64,000 nucleotides of DNA, taken from contig OZ024743.1 of the NCBI GenBank assembly GCA_964016885.1, positions 335,978,001 through 336,042,000 on the forward strand, given 5' to 3'. Of the stretch, positions 37,290 to 52,671 are shown piece by piece. Numbering within the stretch: position 1 is the stretch's first letter; the number at the start of each line of letters is the position of its first letter. A program made the translations under genes and the position numbers. The notes beneath the pieces are model-generated. The model searched no databases and was not told where the DNA came from. It saw only the letters and a program-made list of their open reading frames with translations. The DNA is from Eledone cirrhosa. Its lineage: Eukaryota.

Positions 37290-38360
37290 TCACTTCACTT
37301 CCCCTGACTCTTCCCTTGACCCTCCAAGATCGCGAGCATGTTGCAGATTAAAGCACTATGCTACCTCCCTCCATCTATTTTTGTTGCGAGCAAGGACTTG
37401 GGTTGTTGTGACCGGTATATGTCTTGATGATATCCGCCTATTTTTACTTCGGATGTCCTTGCCTTCTTTTTCCCTAAATTGTTTAGAAGATGATCATAAT
37501 CAATCCATCAAATTTTTCACGGGAACGTAACATCTCAGTTTTCTATTCTTTACAGTGATTAGCAGGCCATCGGAGTTGCTCACATGTTGCCTGATTGCCG
37601 TTGTTTATGTTCTGTATGGGAGATGCCCACGATTTTTCTGTAGTATCTCATTTTCTGGGTAAGTATTTTCTTCAATATTTCCAGAATGAGAGTCTACATT
37701 TCAGTGACATATCAAAAGGAGTGTAGATAGCAAACACGAGTTTCAGTTTAGCATTGAGATTGATGTTTTCATCTCGCCATATTAGTTTTAACCTTGTTAA
37801 TACTGCTACTGATTGAGCAGCTCTTGAGAACCTTTTTTGTCTTGACCCTTCTTCGTTGACGATGGTTCCTATATATTTGAAGTGGTCAACTGTCACAAGT
37901 TGCTGCCATTAACAGTGATTCTGTTGTTGATCCTATATTGGTGGTTTGTCAAGACGTTTGCCTTCTCGGTGCTGATTTCCATTCTGTACGTTGTGGTGGT
38001 TTTGTTTATGCTGTTTACTAAACTGGCAAACTATCGTTTGTCACCTGCTAGTCCATCGATATTCTCGGTGAATCTGAGGTTGCTGATGTTACACCCTCTA
38101 GTACTGACGAGGCTAATATCGTTCAAAGGCCCCAGTCTTTATGTTTTCTAGGAATACATTGAAAAGTGTTGGTGGCAGGAGACATCACGGCTGAACTCCG
38201 ACCGCTTTCTAGAACCACTCTCTTATTTTGCTCCGAACAAGAAATGTGCTAATTGCTTTCTCAAAGAGCTGGCTGATAATTTCCGTTAGGTTTTTGTCCA
38301 TGTGTTTCTTCAACGTCGATCATAGTGCCTCAAGCCACGCCTTGTCGAATATCTGTTACT
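37290..38360 (-). mobile_element. decayed RTE-clade LINE (RT C-half to 3' end)
   Basis: FDKAW, LPPTLFNVFLE, ISNLRF, VDHFKYIG..LIWRDENINLNAKLKL; (GTGAA)n tail. Confidence 0.75.
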
Positions 38361-38819
38361 GTTCATCTTTGAGTTCATTCCATTTGTCAATTGAGTTGAT
38401 TCAAGGAGTCCAATTACTTCATCCACTCCCTGTGTTTTCCTTCTGATCTATAGGTTTTGGTACTTATGTCAGTTGAGTTGATACATGGAGTCTAATCCCA
38501 TGATCTAGTTCCTGTCTATTCCTGCTGATGTTTTGGTTCATGTAACTTATGCTATGGCTGGAGATAACCTCCACAATATTTACGCACTACTCATATAACA
38601 TTTACGTTTCCTGGAGTTCATTTTTAGCAGTTTCGAAGGCGTACAGACAACCACTACTGATATTCTTGCGTGTCTTGACTGATCCCACGCTACTGAACTT
38701 CATTTGGTGAAAGATTTCCAGCTTATCGCACTTCTGCTGATTCTTTTCTTAGATCTATTCTCATTCCATCGATATGCTGTTCTTCGTGCAGAGGCAACAT
38801 GACCAAACGATTTGACGTC

Positions 38820-39125
38820 TACTTCGCAATCATTACGCCCCGGGTTCGATCCTACGACATGGCATCTTGAGAAGATATCATCTTTACCGCAGCCTCGAGT
38901 TTATCTATGATTTGTGTGTCAAATTATGTAGACTGTGACTGTTTGGAATCCCGTCAGGTGGAGATTAATTGTTACACATTGAGGTACGCTGAATGTTACT
39001 GAGATTTAAGTTAGGATACTCATGTATGTGGAACACTCAGCCACTTACATGCTACTTTCATGATCAAACTATTCCATTGATTGAACATCTGGAATATTCA
39101 TCGCTTTCAGCGATGAAGGTCCATT
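38820..39125 (+). mobile_element. SINE family 2, decayed
   Basis: GGTTCGATCC B-box; body ..CTCAGCCACTTACA..TTCCATTGAT shared with 41330-41640 (-), 51640-51820 (-) and 51826-52135 (+). Confidence 0.6.
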
Positions 39126-39244
39126 CCATGCCAAGTAGTGTATCAATATATTTCTACTGTTCATCTCTCCATTACACGCCCAATGAGGTTTCAAATACCG
39201 TTATTATATCTACCACTTATCCTTTTTTTTTCTTCGCCCACTTA

Positions 39245-39660
39245 TTCCTGAGAAGGTCGTGGAGGTAGAATACTCAAACAGCCAACCATGTTCCTCGGGG
39301 TCTCCTGCCGGTTTGTTTTGGCTGTAAAACCTGTCCATAGTATCGGAACTGTGTTCTCTCAATTCGGAGAAATAGTTATTTTACCTAGAATGACTCTCTG
39401 ATCTCCGAGCTACTCACTCTATCTAGTAATGTTACTTCAAAATCCCTTTGGGGGAACCCCATTTCGGCCGCTTGTATTCACGATCGTATTCTTTCTGTCA
39501 TTACCGAAGATTCATACAGGTCTTTCCTCGATGGAATCACTGCAACGTTAGATGTAGATAAGACTGAGTTATATATCCTGATGGGCGATTTCAATGCACA
39601 TGTAGTGGCTCTGGGCCCGATGGCTGAGTTCATGATTTTCGGCAGAGGAACTGAAAGTTT
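39245..39660. mobile_element. mixed LINE fragments (RTE 3' end on -, APE fragment on +)
   Basis: LPPRPSQE on the minus strand; ILMGDFNAHV on the plus strand. Confidence 0.5.
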
Positions 39661-40704
39661 AAATAATGTACTAAATAATGTATTAAATATTTTAACCAGA
39701 AATTGTTCAGGATTTACTTTATATCGAAATGATTTCTACGTTACTATGGCTGTTTCTTTTTTGTTTGATATCATCAGAAAAGTTTATATGTATATGTGTG
39801 TGTGTGTGTGTTTGTGTATGTGTGTGTGTGTTTTATTTAAGTATATTCGGAGTAGTAAATATGTCAGTGTGTTATTAATCTGCTTGTAATCAATCATTAT
39901 GATGAGCAGCAATATTTTATCTCTCTCTGCTGTTCCATCCTAAATATCAATTGCATTTCGAATGCGATTATTTACGGCAGATTGAATCAAATTTTGATTT
40001 GCTTTATACCTGACATTGGAGAACTGCAATGGTTAAAGAGCAGAATAAGGTGAGATAAGATGGCATAACTGACTTAATTCGTTTATAGCAGAGAGATTCT
40101 TCAGTTTAACCTTTCCGAAGTGTTAAATCCAAAATCATCTTTAATTCGAAATTGTCCAACTTATGACCCAAGTTATAGCAATGTTCATAAATTAAAGGAT
40201 TACCGCCCGGAATACTGTCAACAATTTATGGCTTTTGTTATAAACGTGAACAATAGGAACGCGAACAATGTGTAATTATGTTTCCTGACAAATTTCCTTT
40301 ACTTATTCGTTGGGTTCAGATCCTTATTGTCGGTTTATAACAGAGATATCCCCCATATTGTCTTCACGAAGCGAATATCAACTTTGTTTGAAACATCGTT
40401 TGTTTATAACCTATCGCAAGCAGACCTACGATCAAGTCTATTCTAGTTGTAAACTTTCCATTTTTTATTCAAACATAATCTATTTAGAAACATTTTATAC
40501 AACATGCCCTTCCTCTATAAAGCGGTAGGATGTGAACTGAAGTGTGTTTTAGTACTACATCTGGCTGGACACGTAACTAAGTAGAAGTACTCAAGTTGAT
40601 TCATGTGTGGATTGTGTCAGATTCCGAGGATGGGCGGTTTAAGGTCCGTTTCGCAAATATATTATTTCAGATTCACTTCCACTGCGCAGCACCGTGATAT
40701 GATG

Positions 40705-41013
40705 CAGTGATTCTCAACGTGGGCTCTTATGCGCACAAGGGGACTTTAGATGTCTTTTTAATCGGCTGGGAGTTGGCACAAGGAAAATAGGTGGACTTTG
40801 AAATTCTATTTTTCCCACCGGTGTAAAATTATGAAAACATAAACTTTATTTTGAAAGGTAAATAATTCAGAAATAAAATTTTCGATGTTTTCTTCTTACA
40901 ATAAATGATAAAATGTAGTTCCTGTTACATGGAATGTCTATTTGTACTTATGTGAGCCTCAAGTTTTCGGACACCAAATAGGGACCACAAGAAGTAAAGT
41001 TTGAGAAACACTG
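40705..41013. mobile_element. hAT-like MITE
   Basis: TIRs CAGTGATTCTCAA / TTGAGAAACACTG; no clear 8-bp TSD. Confidence 0.55.
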
Positions 41014-41329
41014 GTTTAGTGTCTACCACTATAATGCTGGGTCAATTAAAGCCGTTTGGTAAAGGTTCGGTGACGAAAACTGCAAAGAAGCTCGTAGGAA
41101 CTTAATGCACCATCCGGTTAGTCTTTGAACACATTTAGCAAACATTCGGTCCAAGATCCCGATTTACAGATAACTTGCTTCTCTCCTCCTCCAGTTTTTG
41201 AGATAATGAAAAGAGTCATAGGCCGTGCCTTTGCCCTTTCACTTCTGACTAAATCATAAACTTTTTAAAGTAGTCCAGTCACTTATTATCACATGATTTA
41301 ATTAGTATGCACCCACCTGTAGTATTAGG

Positions 41330-41640
41330 ACTTCCGTCAATTCCGAGGACGACTGTTGCAGTTGAATAGATCAACAGAACACATTGCTTGTGAAATTATT
41401 GAGCACGTGGCAGAGCATTCCACAGGCACTTGTAACCTTAACGTAGTTCTCATAGCGATTCCACGTAAAACAACGTGTGACAAACCTAGCTCTTTGAATT
41501 AAAGATACAACTCATTTTTGGCAGCTGAAAGGGCTAAAGAAAATTGAGACACAATGTCTTGTGCAAGGACACTCCTACATACCACCGGGAATTGAACTCA
41601 CAATCATGAGCAGATCACGCTAACAATTAAGTCACGAACC
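41330..41640 (-). mobile_element. SINE family 2
   Basis: Reverse complement of the body at 51950-52135; GGGAATTGAACTC (minus-strand B-box). Confidence 0.6.
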
Positions 41641-41680
41641 TTCACTATTGACTTGTAAACTTGTAAAACGACTAAAGATA

Positions 41681-41780
41681 ATTGTTTCTACTTTTGGCAC
41701 AAGGCCAGCAATTAACCAGTGTATTACTGGTACTTTATTTTATCGACCCCGTAAGGATGAAAGGCAAAGTTAACCTCGGC
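41681..41780 (-). mobile_element. 5'-truncated family-1 SINE with ~20-bp TSD
   Basis: Flanked by GTAAAA(C/A)GACTAAAGATAAT at 41663 and 41781. Confidence 0.85.
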
Positions 41781-42178
41781 GTAAAAAGACTAAAGATAAT
41801 GAAATTAATTCATTAATTATCTTTAGTCTTTTGTGCATATCTCCGATTTCGAATAAAACTGTTTTCCAAATAATTTACGCGTTAGTTTCATCTCCTTATA
41901 ATATATAACCAGCAATTTCTCTGTCTGTCTGTCCGACAGTGGAAACACGTGCGCGTGTGGTTGCTATCTCTCTCTCTCTCTCTCTCCAGCTATCCCTCTC
42001 TTTTAGTCTGTCTGTTTCTCTCACTCTTTCTCTTTGTAACACACTAACATTCCTCTCCTCTATCGCTGTGACGAATGGGGAGATGGAGGGGGAGGAGGAG
42101 GAGGAGAGAGTCACTTCGTCATTTCACATCTGCCTTTCTTTCTCTCCCCTCTCACTCCCTCATTACGTACAGACATTA

Positions 42179-42372
42179 GGGCGGTGGATTGGCAGAATCT
42201 GTAGAGAGTCGGACACCATGCTTCATAGCATAGAGTTACGTCCCTTTACGGTCTGAGTTCAAATACCGTCGAGGTTAACTTTGCCTTTCATCCTCACGGG
42301 GTCGATAAAATAAAGTACCAGTAATGTACTGGGTAATTGCTGGCCTTGTGCCAAAAGTAGAAACAATTATTA
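42179..42372 (+). mobile_element. complete family-1 SINE
   Basis: A-box TGGCAGAATCTG, B-box GAGTTCAAATAC, core, 3' GTAGAAACAATTATT. Confidence 0.85.
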
Positions 42373-42598
42373 GAAACATTGCTTCATTTTTACATATCTA
42401 AGCATTAGTAAAATAACTAATAATTTCAAAAGTAATTTTTCAATTCCAATTGTTATGAACAGCAAAACATTAATAATAATTTTGTTCTAAGAAATATATA
42501 TACATTTCTGTGTCTGTAATATATATATATATATATACACACACAGAAATATATATATATACACACAGAAATATATATACATTTCTGTGTGTGTAATA

Positions 42599-42695
<97 letters not shown>

Positions 42696-43249
42696 ACACA
42701 CACAGAAATATATGGCCATTTCTCTGTTTGTCTGTCTGTCTGTCCTTCCCTAAAACTCAAATGTAGGTGCTACAGAAATATTACCTTCCCCTTCCTTTCT
42801 CCACTTTGGTACTACCAAGAGATACACTGTCGCTATAGAAACATTACCTTCCCCTCTCCACTGACTTTGGTCACTGAGGCCAAGGGAATCGCTGGTTGCT
42901 ATAGAGACACCTTGCACAATCCAGAAGTAACCAGTTCGAGGCGGTTCTGACTTGACACCATGCCAAGGACCATTTGAAGATATATTCCCATCGTTATATC
43001 ATAACGTTTATGTATCATAACGTTTATATTTCCGTCAATAATCTCTTTTTCTCCATTTTCGTTTTAACATATATTTATTTCAAAGATTTCACCGTATAGA
43101 AAACATGTATATTTATACATGCATAAAAGACACACCGAGAGACGGTGAACATGTGGTGCCGAAAACATTTCTCATCCAAATCTCAACAATATCAGTATAT
43201 ACACTAGATTTGCTAGCAGAAAACCGCCCACCGGGTGGTTTTCTGCTAG

Positions 43250-44160
43250 TCTATATATATAAAACTGAGGATGCCTGTGTGTGTGTGTGTGAGTTTGAAT
43301 CCCTAAAACTCGAGAACCACCTAACCAATTGTTTTCAAACTTTACACATACAATACTTATGTTTAAGGGAGTGTTCTAAGCAAAACAAATTTCAAAATTT
43401 CAATGCCCTGGGGATCGCATTAGGCGATTTAGCGATCCCTCTCTATAATTCTTAGTCTTTCTCTTTTTAGATAGATATATACATATAACGTCGCGCCCTT
43501 ATAATATCTGTCTGTATGTCTGGCTGTCTGCATTGCGTCACTTCCCTGAGGATGTCTGTCGGTGTGTGTGTCTGTGAGTTTGAATCCCTAAAACTCGAGA
43601 AGTACCCAACCGATTTTTTCTAACTTTACATGTGTATTACTTATGTTTCAGGGAGTGTTATGCACATAAAAACATTCAAGTTTTTGATCCCCTAGGTGAA
43701 AAACTGTGTTTATCAGGTTTTTAGGGGTTTTTTGAGGCGTTACGTCAGACCGATTTCCTTGAAATTGTAACTATGTATTAGTCAGTCTCTTCTTCATACC
43801 GTAAGCAAAGAAAATCCAACTTTTTTATGGCCTAGGGCCCGCGTTAGGTGAAAAACTTCATTTTTTCAGCTTTTTAGGGCTTTTTTGACGCGTTACATCT
43901 AGCCGATTTTCCCCGAAATTTCAAGGCATATTAAGCACATAAAAAAATTCATTTTCTTGATCCACTAGGGTCGGCATTAGGTGAAAACCTGCATTTTTCC
44001 TGCTTCATCGAGGAAAATCTTAAAGATTATCCAGCCATCAGAGTATTCGGTTTATTTTCTTTACATATTGTCCAGGCATGCAGTTTTTATACGATTAGGT
44101 CTGTTGGCGGCCCGCCTTCCAAAATACCTTATCCCGTGCAACGCCGGGTACCACTGCTAG
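43250..44160 (+). mobile_element. non-autonomous Helitron
   Basis: 5' TCTATATATATAAA; 3' hairpin CCCG-TGCAACGC-CGGG followed by CTAG|T; internal repeats (GAATCCCTAAAACTCGAGA x2, TAGGTGAAAA x3). Confidence 0.7.
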
Positions 44161-44965
44161 TATAGAATATATTTTATTTAGTTTCCTTGTATAGGAATTT
44201 TTCTGATCAACAAGTGAATAATCGTGAATAAACTGATCAACAAGTGAATAATCGTTATTTGATATGTATTTATCTTGTCAGATGAAATGAACACGGTCAC
44301 GACCATATTATTGTTACAGATGTGTTTACAACTTTGTAAATTATATATTTTTTATCACGTAATTATCGTGCAATTTAACTTGACAAATTTACAAAATTAA
44401 CTTGACAATTTACAAAAGATGATGTCTGTGGGAAGTACCTTACAGGAAATGTTTATATATTTTATGATTGTATGACTGAATCTAATATACATTTCTGAAC
44501 GTATCTATCGGTTTGTACTGACTTAAATGAACTTTGCCTTTCATCTATCTGAGGTCGATGAAAAATTTGGTTTGGGTTGTGTGTTGTCTTCATGAGCAAA
44601 ATATTTCATTTCACATTGCTTCAGTATATTCAGCTGGAAATAGGAGCCAGCAATAGAGGTTTAAAGCTGCGATGGACAGGCGTCATGTTTAAAAATAGAA
44701 AGCGTCACCTCTTCAAGGTGACAGAACTAGTATACCACACCATTTAAAACTCCCACTAAGCGGAGTTCTCTCTGGTACCCACATTTGTCTTGTAAATATT
44801 GACCTACGATGTTCAAGCTGTGTAACAACTACATAAATCTCAGGAGTCAAAATGTTTCTGAGGGCACTCATTGTTACTACAGCTTCTCTCACTAACTTAT
44901 AAATTCAGAAAAAAAACTTGATTTCGCCATCTAACAAAGTTTCGTACATTATATAAGGATGTACT

Positions 44966-45125
44966 ACGGCCCTTTACGTTCTAATTTCAAATCCCGCCCA
45001 GATTAGTTTTGCCTTTCATCCTTACGGGATCGATAACATAAAGTACCAGTAACGCACTGGAGTCGATTTAATCAACTTTCCCCTTCCTCAAAATTGTTAG
45101 ACTTGTTCTTAAACCAGGAACCATA
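44966..45125 (+). mobile_element. family-1 SINE, 5'-truncated
   Basis: Core TTTGCCTTTCATCCTTACGGGATCGATAA..AAGTACCAG. Confidence 0.75.
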
Positions 45126-45749
45126 CTTGTTTGTAAGAAAAACTGGCTTTCACAATTTATGAATAAAATACTTTCTCTTATAAACAATTACTTACGATAT
45201 CTACTTGCTCATGATATTTACTTGCTCATGCGTTTTTACTACGGCATTTATTCGCTAATATTCTTATAATAAAATCAATATTGAAAGCTTTATCAATAGT
45301 TATATACAAAATATATCTCTTTTTCTCCATCATATTTTCCATCTGCTGAGTCTATGTGTCCACCCTCATTCCTTTAGTAGAGTGATATGTGTTTTAGTGC
45401 ATTAAACGTAGAATAAATATTCTATTTTTCCCGAATATCGAAACATTTTATGATTATCGCCTCTATTTATTTTATTTTTCACTTTCAAACTGTGTTATAT
45501 GATATTTGCATTTATATAACATATATCATGTGTATATGTGCACATTTGTGGATATTTCTGTGTGATGGCTGTGTATAGATGTATAGACGGCTGCTTCATT
45601 TTCAGAAATTTGATTTCGAGAAGGATTTCTAAGAGGTTTTTGAGTGTTTCAATGAAGAAGCTTTTCTATGTGGAACAATATTCCGAATGAAACGCAAATC
45701 ACATTCATCATAACCATGTTTTCTCCATAAGTATCAAATCTCAAAACAA

Positions 45750-45995
45750 TTTAAGTTGGGATACGTAACACGACTCCCAAGTGAGCGACTTGCTAATCAG
45801 GTCCTGCATTGGTGCCCCCAAAAGAAAGGGGTGAATAGGGCGTCTCAAGTTGAACTGACGGCAGACGATCGACAAGGATCTAAAACAAGTCAACAAAATT
45901 TTGAACGATGTATTGATAGATATAACTGACCGTGGTCATTGGAGCACATTGGATGCCTCATGTATCTCAAGACGCAGGAGCTTCTATGTCTAATA
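45750..45995 (+). mobile_element. decayed RTE-type LINE 3' fragment
   Basis: GYVTRLPSERLANQVLHW..GR.KL..RQTIDKDL..DRGHW. Confidence 0.55.
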
Positions 45996-46875
45996 TTAAT
46001 TCTAGCATTTCAATTTGAGCTGTAATATTGAACGTAGCCGAGAGGTTAGTGTGGGAAATTATAATCATTATGTCATGGCTTCGATACATGATCCAAGTGG
46101 CGCGCGTTGTGATCTGAGCAAAGCACTTCGTTTCACGTTGTTCCTATCCGGCCAGCTACAAATGACCGCCAGCAATAGCTGGGATAATAGCATGCGATGG
46201 GATGGCGTTCTCTCTTATACTCTTCAACTCTTGGTCACTTAACGTCAGTGAAACTGCATCTAATCTCGGGACAAATTTTAAGGTTTTTTCGTTGTTTGAT
46301 TTCTTAACTGCAGCAGTTACAGCACAGGCATTTTTCTTGTTGATGGTGTTGTTGTTATTGTTATCAGTTAGTAAAAGCTATTCTAAAATGCTTCTTTGAT
46401 TAACTAAGACTGGAGTAACGGAGAGTAATCGGCACATTTGAATTCGTTTTATCAGTAACGTAAAGATTTACATTAATAATTATTAATAATCAACGTTGCT
46501 GCTAACTCCTTTCAGTTGTTATGTTATATTCTCACGTGTGCTTTTATTCATTACGGTGTATGTACTTTTATTCTAAACATGGCAGTAACGATTAAGGTTA
46601 TGCAATGAGGTATATAATGACAGAAACATGTCTTGAGTTACCAGAAGCATCTATAGCTTTAATCACTCTCATCAAAAAACAGGTGCAGTTTTGCCATATG
46701 ATTAGGAATATAGCTTCATAAGCAGCTGATTCCGGATCCGATATCACTGGAGGCAAGTGTCTGCTATCATAGACATGGGGTGATCAAATCGTTATGACTG
46801 AAAATGTTTTATGTGGAAGCATATCATTTGTGTATGCGTGTTTGTGTTCCTGTGTGTATGTGCACACACACACAC

Positions 46876-48516
<1,641 letters not shown>

Positions 48517-48560
48517 AAGTTAAATAAAAGTCAAATGATTAAAATTTAGCTTCGTTTATT

Positions 48561-48615
48561 ACTGCTATATATATTTCAGTGACAGCCATCTTTGGCTGTG
48601 ACCTCTTCAGGCAGT
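48561..48615 (-). ncRNA. type I hammerhead ribozyme related to 35500-35555
   Basis: ACTGC-CTGAAGA-GGTC-ACAGCCA-AAGA-TGGCTGT-CACT-GAAA-TATATATA-GCAGT. Confidence 0.75.
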
Positions 48616-48663
48616 TTGAATAAGTATGGTATAGACAAGTACATATGTTGTTTAGGTGTATAA

Positions 48664-48807
48664 TATTGTCAATACTCTGATATGCCCAGTTCCTTGTTGG
48701 GTTGTTAATTCACTGAGGAACTGGAGTCATATTATATAATATGACTCCAGTTCCTCAGTGAATTAACAACCCAACAAGAACCTGGGCATATCAGAGTATT
48801 GACAATA
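48664..48807. repeat. 144-bp near-perfect loop-less palindrome
   Basis: Arms of 72 bp centred on CATATTAT|ATAATATG with about two mismatches. Confidence 0.9.
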
Positions 48808-48886
48808 CTCATGTCAATATTTCATTCAGATCTGAATGAAACAGTACTAGTCCTGTAGAAGCTCCTTCTATAAAATAAAATAAAAA

Positions 48887-48917
<31 letters not shown>

Positions 48918-48938
48918 GTAGTCGATCCTGTGAAGATT

Positions 48939-49230
48939 CATGGCTTAGCACTTAGAGTATTGGGTTTGCAATCGTGAGGTGGGTAGTTCGAGCAAGACAC
49001 TTTATTTCATGTTGCTCCAATTTACTTAGCTGTAAAAATAAGTTGCGACGTCATTGCCGCCAAGGTGTATCAGCCTAAGCCTTTCCCTTGGACAACATCG
49101 GGGGGAGGAGAGGAGTGACTGTCAGGCATGGGTGACTGTTGATCCTCCACAGACATCCTTGCCCAAGAATTTTCTAGGTGCAAATCCCATGTTCATTCGT
49201 GACTGTGTGGGATCTTTACTTTTAGTCGGT
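48939..49230 (+). mobile_element. SINE family 3 (tRNA head, CORE-like body)
   Basis: TGGCTTAG A-box, GTTCGA B-box, GAGCAAGACACTTTATTTCA body. Confidence 0.5.
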
Positions 49231-49585
49231 CCCATGTAAATGGACCATCACAATAATTAATTGTTGGGAAAATTAGATAGAGTACTCCGTACTCCTGAAA
49301 ATGGAACAAATAGACAGAGGTGCCTGGGAGAATGTGTGTCTGTAAATTGTTTCCATCTCCAGGGATAATATACCCAATTGTATCAGCTATTATTTATAGC
49401 GATCGACTATTGTTATAATTATTTACATTGGGACGACTACGTTCAAATATTCCCACTGTTACTTATGTCAAACGAGTATATATTCATACCTGCGAATTGG
49501 TTGGCAGAGGTTTTAGGCTGTTGTACATAATAACTCACGGAACTCAGTCTGGGGAACTGAACAGTTTACTCTTTAAGGTAAATAC

Positions 49586-49723
49586 CAGCTAGTAATCTGG
49601 ATTGATTCATCTTCTTTCTTTCCCCTTCTCTCTCTCATGAAGAAATCAGCTAAAGCGCGATAGGCTTCGTCAGGTTTAAATGCCCAAGTGACTCCGTATC
49701 TGATGATGGCGCCTCTACGTATC
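49586..49723 (-). CDS. candidate internal host exon (138 nt)
   Basis: AG/GT bounded, length a multiple of 3, one open frame IRRGAIIRYGVTWAFKPDEAYRALADFFMRERRGKKEDESIQITS; splice sites are weak. Confidence 0.3.
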
Positions 49724-51112
49724 CTTCGGAAATTGAATGTTTGAATATGATACATACAAAATTTCATTTATTCAGCCACGGTATCTTGCAGCCTATTCGC
49801 AGTATATACTTACAGCTTGTATTCATCCACCATGATTAACCCTTTTGATAACAACCCGCGCAAGATCTATTTCTGTGAAACAAAACCACCCATTTTAAAG
49901 AGTACCTATTTAAATTTGAATCATCTAACGTAATTTTACATAAGGAAACAATTAATATTGTTATATTTGGGGAGGGCCATGTTGTCCTAATATTGCCAGA
50001 GAAAAATAGTAACACACACTCACACTCTGGTTTGGTTTTCGCTCCAATATATTTTTATATTTCTATAAATAATTTAGCTGGCAATCAATGTTTATCATTG
50101 ATTGACTAACAGTTAAATATATAAATATAAATATAGGTTCTCAAAATTCTTTCGTCAATCATATGTGTGACATCTTCAGTGATTATCGTGTTTCCATGTT
50201 TCCTCCCGTTGTGTTCCACTTTTAATTAATACTTTAAATAAATCCCTCCAAGTTCTTTATTGATACAGAGTATTTTTGTTAAGGATTTGGTCACGAAATG
50301 GATTGAAAAGTGTAGCACTAGCGACAAGACATAAATCTTGGAGCCTTCGTCTGAAAGATCGTTACACAATCGAATTGATTAGTTATAACTCCATTGGCTG
50401 AAAGATGTAAAGTTCTACTGTATTAGAATGCGGTTGGTAATTTTATTCGACTATACCCATGAGAAGAACCATATGCTAACTGTCTATACACTGCTGCCAA
50501 AATATCTCAAGCACTGTCCACTTGAAAATAGAAATAATTTTCGAATAATCCACACATCACATGATAGATATCCGGGAAAATATTTTACTATATTCCATTT
50601 TCTCTTTCTTTTTTTTCCTATTTAACTTCATTTTTTTGTTTTTATTTTTCATACCTTATCATTGCAGAAGACCCCCTAGGTCAAAAGAAATCGACTGTTA
50701 TCGCATTTAATGATCTAATATATTGCAGTAATCATATGTCCAATAAATAGTTAAAAATGATATTTTTTTATTGTTCGTAAATAAACAAAATAACTTTTAA
50801 CATGATCTGATTCATTATTAGAGACCAAGAAGGATAATGTACGTAGCAAATACTGTAGAATTGTCGATTAAACACACGTGTTTATTCTGATTTCTAATCT
50901 CGCAGGGATCTGTTTTGTCTTTCGTGATTTTAGGAGTTCGATAAAATAAGTTACAGTTTTATATTATATTTGAATAATTCAGATGCAACTCTCCACTTCT
51001 ATAATTTTCCTTCTTCTTGCATATGAGACTGTTGTCGTTCACCTGATTGAGATCAGAGATCAGTAATTAGTGATCAGTTTCAAAGACCAACCGCGAAAAG
51101 TTGGACAACTTG

Positions 51113-51307
51113 GTCTTCTTCTTCTTCTTCTTCTTCTTCTCCTCCTCCTCCTCCTCCTCCTCCTTCTTCTTCTTCTTCTTCTTCTTCTTCTTCTTCTTCT
51201 TCTTCTTCTTCTTCTTCTTCTTCTTCTTCTTCTTCTTCTTCTTCTTCTTCTTCTTCTTCTTCTTCTTCTTCTTCTTCTTCTTCTTCTTCTTCTTCTTCTT
51301 CTTCTTC
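51113..51307. repeat. (TTC)n/(CTC)n microsatellite within a degenerate ~110-bp duplication
   Basis: CCTGATTGA..TCAGAGATCAG occurs on both sides. Confidence 0.9.
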
Positions 51308-51639
51308 TATATCAGAGTGTTGCTATCTCAGTTTGCTGTCGTTTGCCTGATTGAATTCAGAGATCAGTTTCCGGGGATCACCACAAAATGTTCAACAACT
51401 TAAATCCCTATAATTTTCTTTAAAAAAGGTTTCAGCGTAACGAGTTATCCTTATCAATTGGCGATAAATGTGTGACGCGAATCCAGGTAAGAAATTGTTA
51501 TTACTAGAGATAAATGGCGAGTATCTTTAACTAATAAAAAATATCTACCAAACTGATAAAATACCCACGTTCCAGCCGTCTATAGAGAACCTATTTACTT
51601 TACTTTCATTGTTAATATTCATTGAGCATATATAATGGA

Positions 51640-52135
51640 CCTCCGTCAGTTTCTTCGATGAATGTCCCAGTTTTTCAATCGAGGGAACAACATGCTAATG
51701 AAATTAGCGTGCAAATAGCTGAGCACCACACAGACACGTGTACCTTTAACATAATTCTCATGGTGATCAGGGTGACACAATGTGTGTCATGACTGTCCAT
51801 TTAAGTTACAGGTATAATTAAAAAGTTCGCTTTGCAATCATTAGGTCCCGAATTCGATCCCACTGACTGGCATCATGAGCAAGATTTATTTACCATAGAG
51901 TCGGATGGGTGAAATTGGGTAGGCGGAAACTGTTTGGAAGCCCATCAGATGGACTTTACCTGCAATTCAAAGGGCCAGCCATACCACATAATGTTTAAGG
52001 TTGAACCTCCATATGAATTACGTTAAAGATACACATGTCTATCAACTGCTCAGCCAATTACACTTTAATGTTACAAGCAGGCTGTTCCGTTGAACGAACA
52101 GCTGAACGCACATCTCCCAGACCGACGGAGATCCA
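51640..52135. mobile_element. two family-2 SINE pieces in opposite orientation
   Basis: 51640-51820 (-) and 51826-52135 (+) share the GACACGTGTAC/CTCAGC body. Confidence 0.55.
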
Positions 52136-52626
52136 TTTCATGTTCGCTTTGTTTTTGCCTTCATTTCGTTCTTAAAATATACAAGTTAATCTAAGCAGTT
52201 AATTATTTCGCTTTTCCTAATGTTTTACCAAAATCGTAGGCTTTCTATGGTGAAAAAGTTAAATATCTAATTAAATATATGAACTTAAGACATGGGTGCA
52301 ATCTTTACACTTAAGAAAATAAGTACAAATCATAGAGAAATATTATTGCGTAAACTTAATTCCTTTTAAAAGCAATTAGCATTCTGTGAAAGTAGAGTAC
52401 GCTGCATCATGTGACCATAATCACTTATAACAATTCTGTTTGATTTGTATTATTTGTTGTGTGGCGGTGGGGATATTATTGTTGACTTAATTTGCACGTT
52501 TTCACTGATTTTTATCTCGGAAATATTTTTCTTGTGGCTTCCCTCCCATCAAAGAAGAACCAAGTTTCAATTGGAAATAATCAGTCACGCTAAAAATATC
52601 CTCAACACCTTCTCTTATCATCTCAC

Positions 52627-52667
<41 letters not shown>

Positions 52668-52671
<4 letters not shown>

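Noticed and set aside
42179-42270. tRNA genes at the A/B-box motifs
   Set aside because: There is no cloverleaf, and each is joined to the SINE core, so they are SINE heads.
46205-46500. Minus-strand fragment resembling a Tx1 ORF1 N-terminus (NNNN..AVTAAVKK..LTLSDQEL)
   Set aside because: Similarity is limited to low-complexity residues and is too weak to call.
49700-49735. CTGATGA...GAAA as a hammerhead
   Set aside because: No stem I or stem II pairing can be formed.
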